Positions 11,455-23,259 of a stretch of 43,707 nt of DNA are shown piece after piece; within the stretch, counting starts at the first letter, position 1, and each line of letters starts with the position of its first letter. Made by a program: the position numbers and the translations under genes. Source of the DNA: Saprolegnia diclina VS20 (lineage: Eukaryota); contig NW_008246070.1 in assembly GCF_000281045.1 (NCBI RefSeq), positions 335,272 through 378,978 on the forward strand, given 5' to 3'. The notes below the pieces were generated by a model. That model did no database searches, was not told the DNA's origin, and saw nothing but the letters and a program-made list of their open reading frames with translations.

Positions 11455-12450
11455 TCACTGGACTTTAGCCCATCGTCGATCTTTAGCTGGCCGCGACGAT
11501 CGATGGGCGCAGGAGCAAGCCATGGACGTCGGCCAGCACAACCCGCTTGTTCGGAACATCGCCCGTCGTATAGGCACACGAGGCGAGCGTGGTCAGCAGC
11601 GCCATGCTCTCTGCGAATTCGCGGGACGCCCAGTGGCAGGCAGCGCGATGCAACGTGTTCTGCCACTCGTCGTCAATGCGATCCTATCGCATAGATGCAT
11701 CGTTAGCTCACTGCGATCAAGGCGTGCACATGAACGTACAATCGTGCTGTACACGCGCAGTGCATTGGCGAAGTCGCCTTGGAGGTGGTGCACTTCGGCG
11801 AGCAGGATCTGCAGGCCGTCGACGAACGCAATACTAAAGTCATTCGCCTACCTGGTTCTCGCGCACCTCGGTATTGTCGTGGACGATCGCGAGCTCGAGG
11901 TAGTTGACGACAGCTTCAAGCGTCGCAGCAGATGGAGCACCATCCTGCAAGAGCGTGTGGGCGAGATGCGTGTAAGCCCGGCCGTACGTCGGGTCCTCGA
12001 CCACCGCGCATCGAAACTGCTCGCTACACAAATGTGCCACCGTCCGTGCTTCACCCTCTGTGATGCTGGCAAGTACCATGCGTTGGTGCGCCGCGCTAGA
12101 GCCATGTACGTCAAGCCCAGGTTGAAGTGCACGTGCGCCTTGTTCTCGCACGCGTCCTGCGCCAAGAGTCGCTGCTCGAGCTCCAAGCTCACTTGAAGGA
12201 CGTCGTGTAATTCGTCGGTCGAGACTTCGTTCGGGTTGCCTCGCCGCACATTTGACACGTCGAGAGGCGGGATCGCAGCTTTGGCCTCACCAGATTTGAA
12301 ACCAAAGGCCGACGACCAGAACGACGAGCCATCGTCTTCCGGAAGCACAACTTCTGGCGGCGGGACCTCAGGCTCTGCGGGGACGTCCGTTGGCGCAGGC
12401 GCTTCGACCTTGACCTTCTTCTTGCGGCGCCAACTGAATCGATTGCCCAT
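11455..12450 (-). CDS. TPR-containing hypothetical protein (multi-exon), possibly N-myristoylated
   Basis: Starts MGNRFSWRRKKK. TPR-like helices: AHVHFNLGLTYMAL, DPTYGRAYTHLAHTLL, LLAEVHHLQGDFANALRVY. Several GT-AG introns. The 3' end is approximate. Confidence 0.65.
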
Positions 12451-13212
12451 TTTGGCGCCGTTTAGATCCTGACTAAATGCACGCAGCGGTACGTTAACCG
12501 AGTCATTTTCAAATGCAGCCGATAGATTCGATGGCCATTTCTTCCGCAGCACATGAATGAAATCATGAGCAAATACCACATTGACCGAGCGAGACGCAAA
12601 GGAAGCGAGGCCCAACTGCTTGCCATGTGCATCGTCCGGGACTCGAGTTGCGTGCGCATAGCCAAACCGTTTCACGCCTTGTCGACACGTCCGGATACTA
12701 CAAGAGTATCCGGTCGGCCGAAGCGTCGGTGCCAAAGGCGCACCCGACCGAGAAGCCTCTTCAGGACGGGTACTTTAGGCGACAGCCAGGGCGACAGCAA
12801 TGCTGTCGTACCCACACCAAGCAATATGCGTTAAGAGCTATGCGTCCGATCCGCCACTAAGAGACAAAGACTAAGAGACTAAGAAATATGAGTACAATAT
12901 AGCAACGCGGCTGAGAACAAGCTGCTTGACCTCACTGTACACCGAGCTCGTACTCTTCCTTCAAAATAAAGCCCATGCTTACGACGCGGTCTATTTGCAT
13001 ATACGATATAGCTCGTTGCCAATGTCGTCGTCTCCTCGGAGCTCAGAGCGAGGTGCGTTGACGCGGAAGATCGCTTGTGTGTCGGTGCGTAAATGCCGAT
13101 TCCGGTGCGCTTCTTGTCGCTGCTCGTCGGATAGAGTTTCCCTCCATTTTCAGCGGCCAATCATTGCCGATCGAGCCAACAGCCCGCTGGGGACGGACGA
13201 GGTCACGCCGAG

Positions 13213-15104
13213 ATGAAGGTGGACACCCCCGAGATCCGATGGCACTGCGGCCCGACGGGGCTCAACGAGGCCGTGCTCACGATCGACTTCTTGCGCAAGG
13301 CGGCCACGCTGACGCCGGCGACGTCGCCCGATGCGCTCCCGACCACAGCTCTCGGTGACGCGCCGACGATCGTGGCCGAGAACGTGTCGAGCGTCGTCTT
13401 CCCAGCGGTGTTCCAGTCGCAGGTCTTTGCAACGGGCGGCGCGGACAAAGAAATCAAGCTCTGGGTCTTCAACGCGCAGCACCTTACGTACGTCCACGGC
13501 CTCTCGGGCCACGACCGCAGCGTCAACTGCGTTCGCTTCTCGCCCAACGGCGAGTTCCTCGCGTCGGCCAGCGACGACTCTACGATTGTGCTCTGGATGC
13601 GGCCGAAACATGTGGACGCTGCGTCGTGGAGTTGGCAGACCATCTCGAGCAATAGCGACGTGACGCGTGTCCTCCTCGCGTGCGGCCACAAGGGCGACAT
13701 CACCGACCTCTCGTGGTCGCCCGACTCGCAGTACTTGTCGTCGGTTTCCATTGACAATACGTGCGCAATCTGGCACGTTGCAAGCGGCAACCTCGTCGAG
13801 AAGCGCAAGGACCACACGCAGTACGTGCAAGGCGTCGCATGGGACCCACTCAGCGAGTTCCTCATCACAGAAGGCAACGACCGGTCGTGTCGCGTCTACG
13901 CATTGAGCGGGTACGGCGTCGAGGCCAAGAAGAAGAAGAAGGTCCAGATGCTCCATACGCTCCGCGCGCGCGAGCTCGAGGCCGAAGCGATCGAAGGCGA
14001 GAAGACGCCGAAACATGCCATGTTTCACGACGACACCTTCCCGGCCTTCTCGCGCCGGCTCACGTGGACCCCGGATGGGAGCTACTGCTTGGTGCCCACA
14101 GGTAAACTATCTTCTGCCTTCTAAATGGAGGCTCATTCACGCATCGCAGGTCTCTTCAAGCCGACGTCGACGACGGTCGATGCGACCCACACGGTGTACG
14201 CGTACGCCCGCGGCAACCTGCTGCAGCCTGCGTTCCATCTGCCGGGCCACGCCAAGGGCGCGCTTAGCGTCCGTTGCAGTCCGATCCTGTATGCGCTGAC
14301 GACGAGTGTCACTGAGAACCTCTTCCGTCTCCCGTACCGCTTTGTGTTTGCCGTCGCGACGCTCGACGCCGTCGCTATTTATGACTCCCAAGTACGTGCT
14401 TCCTGCACCTTGAAGCGCGGTTGCTCACGAGATTGCATTAGCTCCTGCACCCGATCGCGGTCATTGACCGGCTGCACTACGCCGACCTCACCGACATGAG
14501 CTGGTCGCAGAACGGTCAAATGCTCTGCCTCTCGTCGCTCGACGGGTACATTTCGTTCATTACATTTGACGACGCGGAGCTCGGGCAAAAGCTGCCAGCA
14601 ACCGAGTTAGCCCAGCTGCTCCACGATCGGCAGGCGCTCATGCATACGCAGCAGCCGACGCCGGCCAAGAAGCGCGGCCCCAAAGCGGCCACCGAAGCCG
14701 ACAAGAGCCCTGCGACGGGCAAGAAGCGCAAGCCTCAAGAGGCGGAGAAGAGCCCGAGTGGTGTCGGGAAGAAGCGCGCCGCCAAGCCCGCCGAGACAGA
14801 CAAGACGGGCGGCGCCAAGAGCCCGCTTCTCGGGCCCAAGAAGCCTGTCAACTCTATTCTGCAGTTTACCAAGGTGGTTGCGCCCGACTCGGGGTTCCAG
14901 CAGCCGGCGCTCGGGCCCCTCATGGACTTGGTATCGACCGCCGACCCCGGCGCGCCAGTGCCTGCTGCGACGCACAACGTGCAAGTGCGAAAGAAGCGCA
15001 AGATCACGCCGGTCCTCGTGACAGCTCCTGCGACACGAAGCGAGGAGCCCGTGGACTTGACGGGCTCGGACGGCGAGCGTACACATAGCGAGAGTACGGC
15101 GTAG
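13213..15104 (+). CDS. CHAF1B: Chromatin assembly factor 1 subunit B (p60/Cac2), WD40
   Basis: N-terminus MKVDTPEIRWH, GHDRSVNCVRFSPNGE, HTQYVQGVAWDPL and FHDDTFPAFSRRLTWTPDGS. C-terminal Asf1-binding B-domain-like KKRKITPV. Introns at about 14102-14149 and 14392-14440. CCAAT at 13157. Confidence 0.93.
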
Positions 15105-15151
15105 GAGTCCATCACATGCATGCAACTATCGTCGTCGATTGTGTTACGCAC

Positions 15152-15589
15152 CTAATATGCACCCTTCATGCTCGGGAGCTCGAATGCTTTCGCCGTCTTG
15201 AACGCGAGGAAGTACCCGTACGCAGCGCCGAGGCCGGCGAGGACGAAAATGTTGATCCAGTTGAGGAGCGAGTGGCTCTCGGGCGACGCGACTTGGGCGC
15301 GGAACATGGCGAGCGACTGGAGCGAGAAGCACATGCAGTAGGCTTGGCAGAACGTCTTGCGGATGAGCGCGTCGCCGACGAGGCGCGTCTTCCAGACGAG
15401 CCAGCCCTGGGCCAGCGTCAATGCTCCGTAGAGCCGCACCATCTCGTGCACAAGGTGGCCATACTGCGGCGTCTGGAGCGCAGCCATCGCGAGCGAGTGC
15501 GGCAGCAGCAAGCATGCGCTGCCAATGACGATCGAGATGCTCGCATGCACGACGAAGAGCAGGTCGAGTTGCCGGCGCGCTTCCTGCAT
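15152..15589 (-). CDS. Small four-TM membrane protein, TP53I11 (PIG11)-like
   Basis: Single-exon, 145 aa, four hydrophobic segments. VRLYGALTL...W...IRKTFCQAYCMCFSLQSL resembles the remembered TP53I11 pattern IRLYGGALL...W...IR...CYF.VQ.L. Confidence 0.7.
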   Translation of the reverse strand: MQEARRQLDLLFVVHASISIVIGSACLLLPHSLAMAALQTPQYGHLVHEMVRLYGALTLAQGWLVWKTRLVGDALIRKTFCQAYCMCFSLQSLAMFRAQVASPESHSLLNWINIFVLAGLGAAYGYFLAFKTAKAFELPSMKGAY

Positions 15590-15671
15590 CGTGGAATTTG
15601 TAAATTAATATGGAGGGATTCCGGCCCTACAAACTTCAAGTGTCGAGCCAGCGTTTCCGGCCACAGACCAG

Positions 15672-16408
15672 ATGATGACGACGCTGATGACCCGCTCCGT
15701 GGGCGTCCTGCTCGCGATCACCGTTGCCGCGACCGCCATGCGCACGAGCATCCCGTCCGGCGACCCCGAGTGCTTCCTCCTCGAGGCGCAGAAGTTCAAG
15801 GAGGGCATCTCGCTCAACTACGACGTCATCGCTGGCATTGGCGAGGAGCTCGAGACGACGCTGCTGAGCCCGTCGGGCATCCGCCTCTTCCACGAGGTTG
15901 GGCCCAAGGGCCGCTTCGTCACGCCCGTGCCCGAAGACGGTCTCTTCCAGGCCTGCTTTGGCCACAAGAGCTCAGTGCCCCTCGTCGTCGGCTTCTCGTT
16001 CCACGCCGACGATCCGGCCCACGACGTCGTCTCGAACGCCGACGCGACCAAGATCGGTGCGACTGCGATGCAACGCGCTGCCTCGAGATGATGATGATGA
16101 CGATGGGCTCTTGTAGAGCAAGCCCGCGCCGTCGAAGACATGGTGTACGAGCTCAACACGCACCTCGACACGGTCAAAGATACGCAGTCGTACCTCAAGG
16201 CCAAGAACCTCCTTCACCAGCAAGGTACACGTGCATATCTTCCTACGTGCAGGAATATCCTGATGATGCATCATCGCCTTTAGTCGTCGACAGCACCAAC
16301 AACCGCGTCCTGTGGTGGTCGTGTATCGAGGCCATCATCCTCATGTGCTTGGCCTTCTGGCAGATGAGCTACCTGCGCCGGACGTTCGAGGTCCGACGCG
16401 TGCTTTAA
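15672..16408 (+). CDS. p24/emp24/TMED GOLD-domain cargo receptor
   Basis: Signal peptide, GOLD cysteines (ECF...ACF), coiled coil and C-terminus STNNRVLWWSCIEAIILMCLAFWQMSYLRRTFEVRRVL. Introns at about 16057-16116 and 16224-16283. Confidence 0.92.
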
Positions 16409-16445
16409 CATGTACAGCCTTCGCCTTGTTATCGTTGTCGTTTTG

Positions 16446-16521
16446 CCATGCCATCGTCATCTTCCTCGACTTCCATGCCATCGTCATCTTCCTCCACTTC
16501 CATGCCATCGTCATGTCCATG
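16446..16521. repeat. 27-bp tandem repeat, about 2.5 copies
   Basis: ccatgccatcgtcatcttcctc(g/c)actt starts at 16446 and 16473, with a partial copy at 16500. Confidence 0.9.
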
Positions 16522-16695
16522 AGGCCTGGGTACATTTGCCTCTTTGTTCGGCAATATAATATTTCGATGGATCGCAGTGTTTTATTACAATTGCTTTATT
16601 GCATCTTTGTATTTGTATGCCCATGAACGAATATGTAAAAAATGTCGTGGGGTTGTTGGGTTGTTGCCAAAACCCACTTGTTCCAAAACTGCTTG

Positions 16696-19600
16696 ATGCA
16701 AGTGTTCCGGTCCTTCCTCGGCGCGGCCGGGTCCGCGGACCAGCGCAATGCGATCAAGGACGTCATCGCCATGGGCGACGCCGGGAAGAAGCGCTCCAAG
16801 GACGACGTGCTCCAAGCGCTGCATGCATTCTGCGACGTCTTCCCGCTCGAGGTCCGCGCCATGCACACCACGAGGACGGAGGATGCCACGATGACATGAC
16901 ATGTAGGCCGACCGGAAGAGCATGGACATGGACGAAGGCTACGACGTCAAGGACCGCAAGCTCTATGACGCAGTGTACCGCTTGCTCAAGGCGCATGTCG
17001 ACACAAGCGCCAGTGGCGGTGACGAGTCGGACGTCGTCTTGGTCCTCCTGGACACGCTCAAGCGCATCCTCCAGTGGCGCGACCTACACAAGCTCGTGCC
17101 CAAGTACTCGACCAAGCCGCTGCTCACGTGCATGGTATCTCCGCGCTTTGTCTACCACACATGGTTGAACATGCGACTAGATGTGGACGCCGGTGCTCGC
17201 GCTCTCGGTGCTCCAGGTCGTCACCATCATGATGCTGCGGCCAACGGGGCTCAAGTCGACGGAAATTGGTGACAAGATGGAGATGATGAACAAACGCACG
17301 TTTGCCGACGACCGCGGATACCCGGTTCTGTGCAGCCTCATCGCGCAACACAGCGTCGCGTCGGACGAAGCGTGCTCGAGCAGCATCCTCCAGCAAGCGC
17401 TCCAGCTCTTCCATATGACGCTCATCTCCAACAAGCAAACCACGGATCCCGTGACGCTCGAGCGGGTACTACAGATATATCTGCTCCCATCGCATCCTCA
17501 TGGTGCGTAGGCCGCCGAGTCGCTCTTGCAGGCGCGGGAGACGCTGCTTCGGCTGTCGCACCACGAAGACCCGATGATCCGGCACTTGAGCGTCGACTTG
17601 CTCTTTGAACTGTTCTTGCTCGCCGACCTCGACCAGGTCACGCTCATGCAGGACTCGGCGCGCGAGTCGGGCGCGCTCCTGTACATGCTCGCGACGGCCC
17701 TCGACGACGTACGTCCACCAGCGGTCGTATTCTCGGCCTCTACCTTGGCGTAGGTGCCATCGGCCGACGAGCTCCAGGTGTCGATTCGAGACAAGTCGAT
17801 CGCGCTCGTCGAGATGTTTTGCGCGGGAAACGCGCGGTCGAAGGCGGCCATGTACCGCATTCTGCCCGTCGAGCTCTTTGTGCCGATCGAGGACCGACCG
17901 GACCTCGTCTCCAAGTACTCGATCGCGACGCTCAAGAAGGCGACCAAGGTCACGCAGCGCAAGTCGATCCCCGTGGACTTTCCGTACATGAGTTTTCCGT
18001 TCCGACCCGAGTTTTCGGCGTCCGGGTCGATTGGGCCGCGTCCGCCGCTCGAGTTTCAGGTGCGCGCGGTTGAAAAGCAAGCTCGTCTGTATAAGATTGT
18101 AGCGATGGCTCCAGGACGCGCGCGCGCAGGGTGAAAAGTGGACCGAAGTGCTTCTCGCAACGCGACAAGAGCACGAGCGGCCGACGTTAGTGTGGCGTGC
18201 ACCCATGCTTCGCGAACTCCAGAGCGCCCTTCGCAACGAAATCGCATCGTTCGAAGCCAAAGGGGCCGCGGCGCCTACCGTGCGCACGAGCAGCGGTCCC
18301 CACACTGTGCTCTGGGACCATGACCAGTTCCAGATCACGTATGCCTCGTTTGCGTCCGAGCTCATTGTGCACGGATACTTTATCGAGCATCTGATTCCCA
18401 AGCTTGCAGACCTCGCGGATCCCTACGAGGTGCATGCTCGTCTATGGGAAGTGACAATGGACGACTTTGTAGGTGGACGACTTGATGGTCCTCGCGTGGC
18501 ACCTCTCGGATCGGCTGAGTGTTGAAGAGAACGCGCACTGGCGGCACTGCTGTGTCAAGTGTCTTCGCCTCATGATGCGTCGGTACGCCATGACGTTCAA
18601 CGGCCAGCTGCCCGTTGCGGGGCTCCTCCAGCAGCTTGCAGTGGACGACGTCGACCCGACCTTTGCGTGCGAAGCCTTCTTGCTCTTCCACGTCGCCATC
18701 AGTACGTCCCGGACGCGCCCGACCGAGAGCCTCTCGCCCTTTTACGCGTCGATCCTGTCGGTCGTGCTGACCGTGCTGCAGCAGGCGCCGACGCGAATCG
18801 CTTGTCGCCCGTCGCGCCTCAGCATGGCGTCGACACTGAGTGAAGGCGGCGATGACGAGAGCTTTCACTTGCGTCTCACGTTTGACGCCGGCGAGACCCA
18901 TGAAGAAGCTAGCACCAAGGACAATGACATGGCGGCAGACGTCGATGCGATGGTGCGCGCCGGCGTCAACATCATTCTCGTGATCCTCCAGCGCGCCAAA
19001 GCGTTCGTGCCGCACGTTCTTCACGCGCGCATGTCGCTCGGTCGGCTTCTCACGTGTGGCTACCTGAGCCACAAGACACTGCACACGCTCATGTCTCTGC
19101 TTTCGCACATTTGCTCACACCTCGAGACGGACGACTCGGTCGTCTTCATGCGGTCGCTGCTCCCGCTGGTGTTCTTGGCAAGTGCCAACGTCCACAACAA
19201 GGGCATGTGTATCGCGGCGGCGAGCTTCCTCGCGGCCCACTACGCGCCAAGCGAGGTTCAGTCGCTATTGGAGTCGAGCGTGGGCTTTCGTGGCTGCGGT
19301 TTGCACTTGCTACTGCCAACGCCGATGGTGCTGGCCGCCGTCTTTAATCACGACACGATCCAATCTGCCGACGTCATTTGGGGCGCAGCGCTCCGCCACA
19401 AGCTCTTTGGGTCCCTTGCGAATACGCTCCATGTGTCGTTGCCGCTGACGGACGACGTGGACGAGGACAAGCAGACCGTGTCCGCTGACTTTGACGTGCC
19501 CGTGGGGCACCTCTTTTTACGGTCGTTTGTCGAGTGCCACGGCAGCTTTCGTGCCGAGTGGAGCCGAGAGATGCACGAAGAGACGCTGCAGGCGCTCACA

Positions 19601-21360
19601 CGGCACGTCGTGCTGTCGCGGACGCGGTCGTTGTACGGCATCAACCTTGCTGGCGACGACGGGCCGGACCCGATGGCGCTCCAAGTGCTCGCGCTAAAGG
19701 CCCTCGCACTTCTTTTGCCAGCGTCCCCGCACGATATTTCGCTCGACGATGCGCTGTTTGATGCGCTTTTGCATCCTCTGCGTCGGACGCTCTTGGGCGA
19801 AGTCGACCAGGTAACCATCAAATATCGACTCGGAGTATGACACGGCAACGTTTGTGTAGGAGCGGACGGCTGTGGGTCTGCGCATTTGCCGACTCCTTGT
19901 TGCCCCCGAGCTCGGCAACGTGAATGCCCGAGCGTGCTTTGGCACCTTGTGCTCGCCGCAGATGATGCAGCTACTTCGAGACGCGCTCGAGAAGACGTTG
20001 CACCCGCGCTTCCTCCAGTTTCTAAAGGAGCAGCCCAGCGACGAGGGCTCGGCCATGGCGCTATTGTGTGCGCTGCTGGACATGCTTGCTGCCATGGCAC
20101 AGTCGCCCGATGGCGTCGCTGCGTTGCAGAGCCACCCGCGCTGGATCACGAGCGTCATTGCGCACGCGTCAACGAGCCACATTCTGGCGCCCAACAGCGA
20201 AAAGGTAGCGCAAACTTGCGACGCATCGGCTCACGCATGACATTTGCTCTAGATTGCCAACGTGTGCCTTCGCTTTCTGCAAAAGCTGTGCGTGCGGCCG
20301 GCATTGCAGCAGGTCTTCATCGACGCGGGCGGCCTCATATCCATCAGCGACGTGTGCATCACTGTGGACCAGGCAGAGCCGCGCACGCACGACACGGTGG
20401 AGCTCGCCGCGTCGGTGCTCCAGGCGTGCCTGCCCGAACCAGGACAAACCACGACGCCCGCTCTCGCAGCCTTGACACAGCTCTACACGCCTGGCCTCGT
20501 GCAGGTGCCACTACGTGACAGGTGTCGACTAAGATCTGATGTTGCGGTTCTAGCTCTTGAGCAAGTCGACGCTCGACTTTCTCTGCAGTCTACAATGCCC
20601 TGAGCCTATTTATCAGCCCACGTTGGTCTGGACACTTGCGTACGCAATTGCTTGTTGAAGTCGTATCTCGAGCGTTCTCTGGCTCACTAGGATGCAAGAC
20701 CAGCTCCGGGATGCGCTGCGGAGCGAGCAAGCCAAGATGGCGCTCAATGCCAAGTCGGCGACAACGTGGCCGGTGTGGGATCCCGACAACTTTGTCGCGG
20801 CCGACTCGTTCCGGTACCTTTACGCCGAGGTCGCCAACGAGGTGCTCGTGGCGCACGTCTACTTGCGGGCGTTCGTCCAAAGCGACTCGGACCAGCTGCC
20901 AGACATGATTGACCTTCCGCAGTTCACCAAGGTTAGTTGCGTCTTCCGTTGGCTCGCCCTATTCTCATGAGCGTAGGCGCTGCTGTACGCCATGGAGAGC
21001 AGCGAAGCCGCGCTCCTCTCAATCAAAGCGGTTCGCCTCTCATCGTAACGAATAAGACCCGACTCATGGACGGCGTAGAGAGGGGGCAACCCGCAAAAGC
21101 AACAAGCGCTCCTCGAGCTCTTCCGGGGCGCCTTGCGCAAGATTGCTGTCGACCACAAGACGCTCCTCGATGTGCGTCTCCCGCCGTTCATTGAAGTCGA
21201 CGGGTTTAGCGACACGGAGAGCGTTGGCGATACGATCCAAAACCTCCAAGAGAGCCCAACCAACCACAGCCACTCGGTCACGTCGGACGACGACGAGAAA
21301 CCAGCAGCGTTCACGCTCGACCACCAAGACTCGGTCCCGATCGACGAGGGCGTCGTTTAG
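16696..21360 (+). CDS. RME-8/DNAJC13-like armadillo protein with IWN-type repeats, no J-domain seen (many exons)
   Basis: Three IWN-like repeats: ERPTLVWRAPMLRELQ, IQSADVIWGAALRHKL and YQPTLVWTLAMQDQLR. Each is followed by an RME-8-type block, e.g. LWDHDQFQITYASFASELIVHGYFI and YAEVANEVLVAHVYLRAFV. The ORF pieces are linked by short GT-AG introns. ATG at 16696 (MQVFRSFL), stop TAG at 21358-21360. Confidence 0.75.
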
Positions 21361-21590
21361 CCCTAACCCGTCTCCTATCTTTATACATTATAGCTCCCGT
21401 GTACGACCGACCCCCCTACGCAACACATGGCGGTCCACGGTCGCACCTTCTTGGTCCTGTGCACAGATGGACCTCTCGCTACGGCAAGCGACATCTTCGG
21501 GACCTCCCTGCCGCCCAGGAAGAGTCGAGTATAAATGGAGGAAGACAAGACATTGCGTGAGAGCTTACGCGACTACATGTAAGGGAGAGA

Positions 21591-23031
21591 CTACCAAAAG
21601 CAACTCCAAAATGGCTTGGCCAGTGGCGCGACCGTCTCCATTTTGCTTGCTTCGGCCTTGACCGCGTCGCTGCGGACCTCGACGATGACCTTCGACTCGA
21701 TGCTTTCAAACACATCGCGCAGCACGGGCGTCATGGCCTCCCAGTGCGAGCGACAGGTGTTGAGGAGGCGACGGCACTCGGTGGCGCCAAGAACGTCCTT
21801 CACATTGGCCCAGAGGTACTGCTGCGTCGTTGCGGCCGCTTCCAGGTGCGCAGCGAGGTCTTCGGCGATGGCCGTCTTGGCCTTGATCTTGCTCCGCAGT
21901 CTCGCGCACGCCTCTGGGTCGCTAAACGGCGGGAATTCAAAGCAAATTTCGTCCAGTTTGCGCAGCTTGTCGGCTTTGTAGCCGTCGATCGCGTGCATCT
22001 TGGCGTCCACGTGCGCGTCAAAGCGCAGAAGGCTGGCGCAGAGGCGCGGCAGATCCACTTGGAGCTGCGCCCGTGTGGCGGCAACCGCGTCGGCGTACGT
22101 CGCCTCCATCTACGCACACTCGCAAGAGCAAACATGCGAACTGCACGTGTACCGTTGCCGCCGTTGCTGTCAACGACGCGTGGCGCAAGCAGCAGATTTC
22201 GTGCAGCACGGCGGCGACCACCTCGTAGCAGGCGACTTGGACCTCGATGCCATCGAGGATCGTCGTGGCGGCTGCCGTCGCAGCGCTGCCTGTGGCTATC
22301 GCAGCCATCGCGTCGACGGCCGCCACGTTTTCCTCATTATGGTACACGGCCAGGTCGACCTCGACCTTGGGGGATGCATGAAGCTCAGCGCGCTTGGCTT
22401 GCCAGAGCGATTCGAGAGCCGCTGCGAGCTCGACCTCCTTGACCTTGCTTGCGACAACCACGCGTAGCGCCGCGGCAGCCTCTGCGCGAAGCGCGCACAG
22501 CACACGGTCGGGTATCGCAACGGCGCTTGCGAGACGTTGGCGGACGATGGCCGCGTCGGCGACAAAGGCCGATCGCGCAGCGTCGTTGTCGCGCAGGTCG
22601 TGGACCGCGTGCTTGCACGCATTGTATCCCTTCTCCCAGTCGTGCGCCAAGGTCGCAAAGCTGCCACGCGGGCGCTTGCGCTCAAACATGGCGTCGCCCA
22701 CAGCCACGCACTCGTACTCGTCGTCCTCGTCATTGCGCTTGACAGCAGCAAACTCTGGCGTGAGCGCAAGACCCTCGCTAATGGTCGCAACGACGGCGCT
22801 GACGTCCAACGCGGGGTTGGCCGCTAGGTTGGCTGCAAAGCGCGGCAGCAGCTGCGTGAGAAGGTCCTTGACGGACGGCGCAAGCTCAAAGCCCAGCGCT
22901 TCGGTCGCGAGCGCAGCTTCGTGGCCTTGGAGGAAGGAGGCGATGGCGGTCGTCACCTGCGGAAGCGAGTCGGGTGACGTCAGGTCGACGACGTTGGAAG
23001 CGGCGTCGCTGGATGGGGTACGGCGTGCCAT
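21591..23031 (-). CDS. Uncharacterised helical/coiled-coil protein (paralogue A of the tandem pair)
   Basis: ATG at 23031 (MARRTPSS). A phase-0 intron at about 22152-22110 (GTACAC...CGTAG) joins to ORF 21591-22109. SIM-like VVDLT, NLS-like ERKRPR, ends KPFWSCFW. Confidence 0.8.
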
Positions 23032-23259
23032 GCGTACTGCTAGTTGCCAAGTGTGGCTTCGAGATCCGGCCGTTGCCTGCCTTCTAGAACTTAACGAGAT
23101 CGGAAGCACCTGCGACCCGACGCCAAGAAGCCCTCGCGATCCACGCCCTGTTTCTTCCCCTACAAGAGACGAAACCTTGGCGCCGCGTCCCACCTCGGTG
23201 CGCCCAGTGATGGAGGCACGTCGACGCCCTACGGCCATGCATGCATGCTGCATTGACAA

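Noticed and set aside
12854..12885. Short ctaagaga repeats in the TPR/CAF-1B spacer
   Set aside because: Three imperfect 8-mers, too short to call an element.
16446..16521. CRISPR-like reading of the 27-bp repeat
   Set aside because: The units are directly adjacent with no spacers, there are no cas genes, and the context is eukaryotic.
21591..21610. CaaX at the end of paralogue A (WSCFW)
   Set aside because: The Cys is third from the end, not fourth, so it is not a canonical CaaX.
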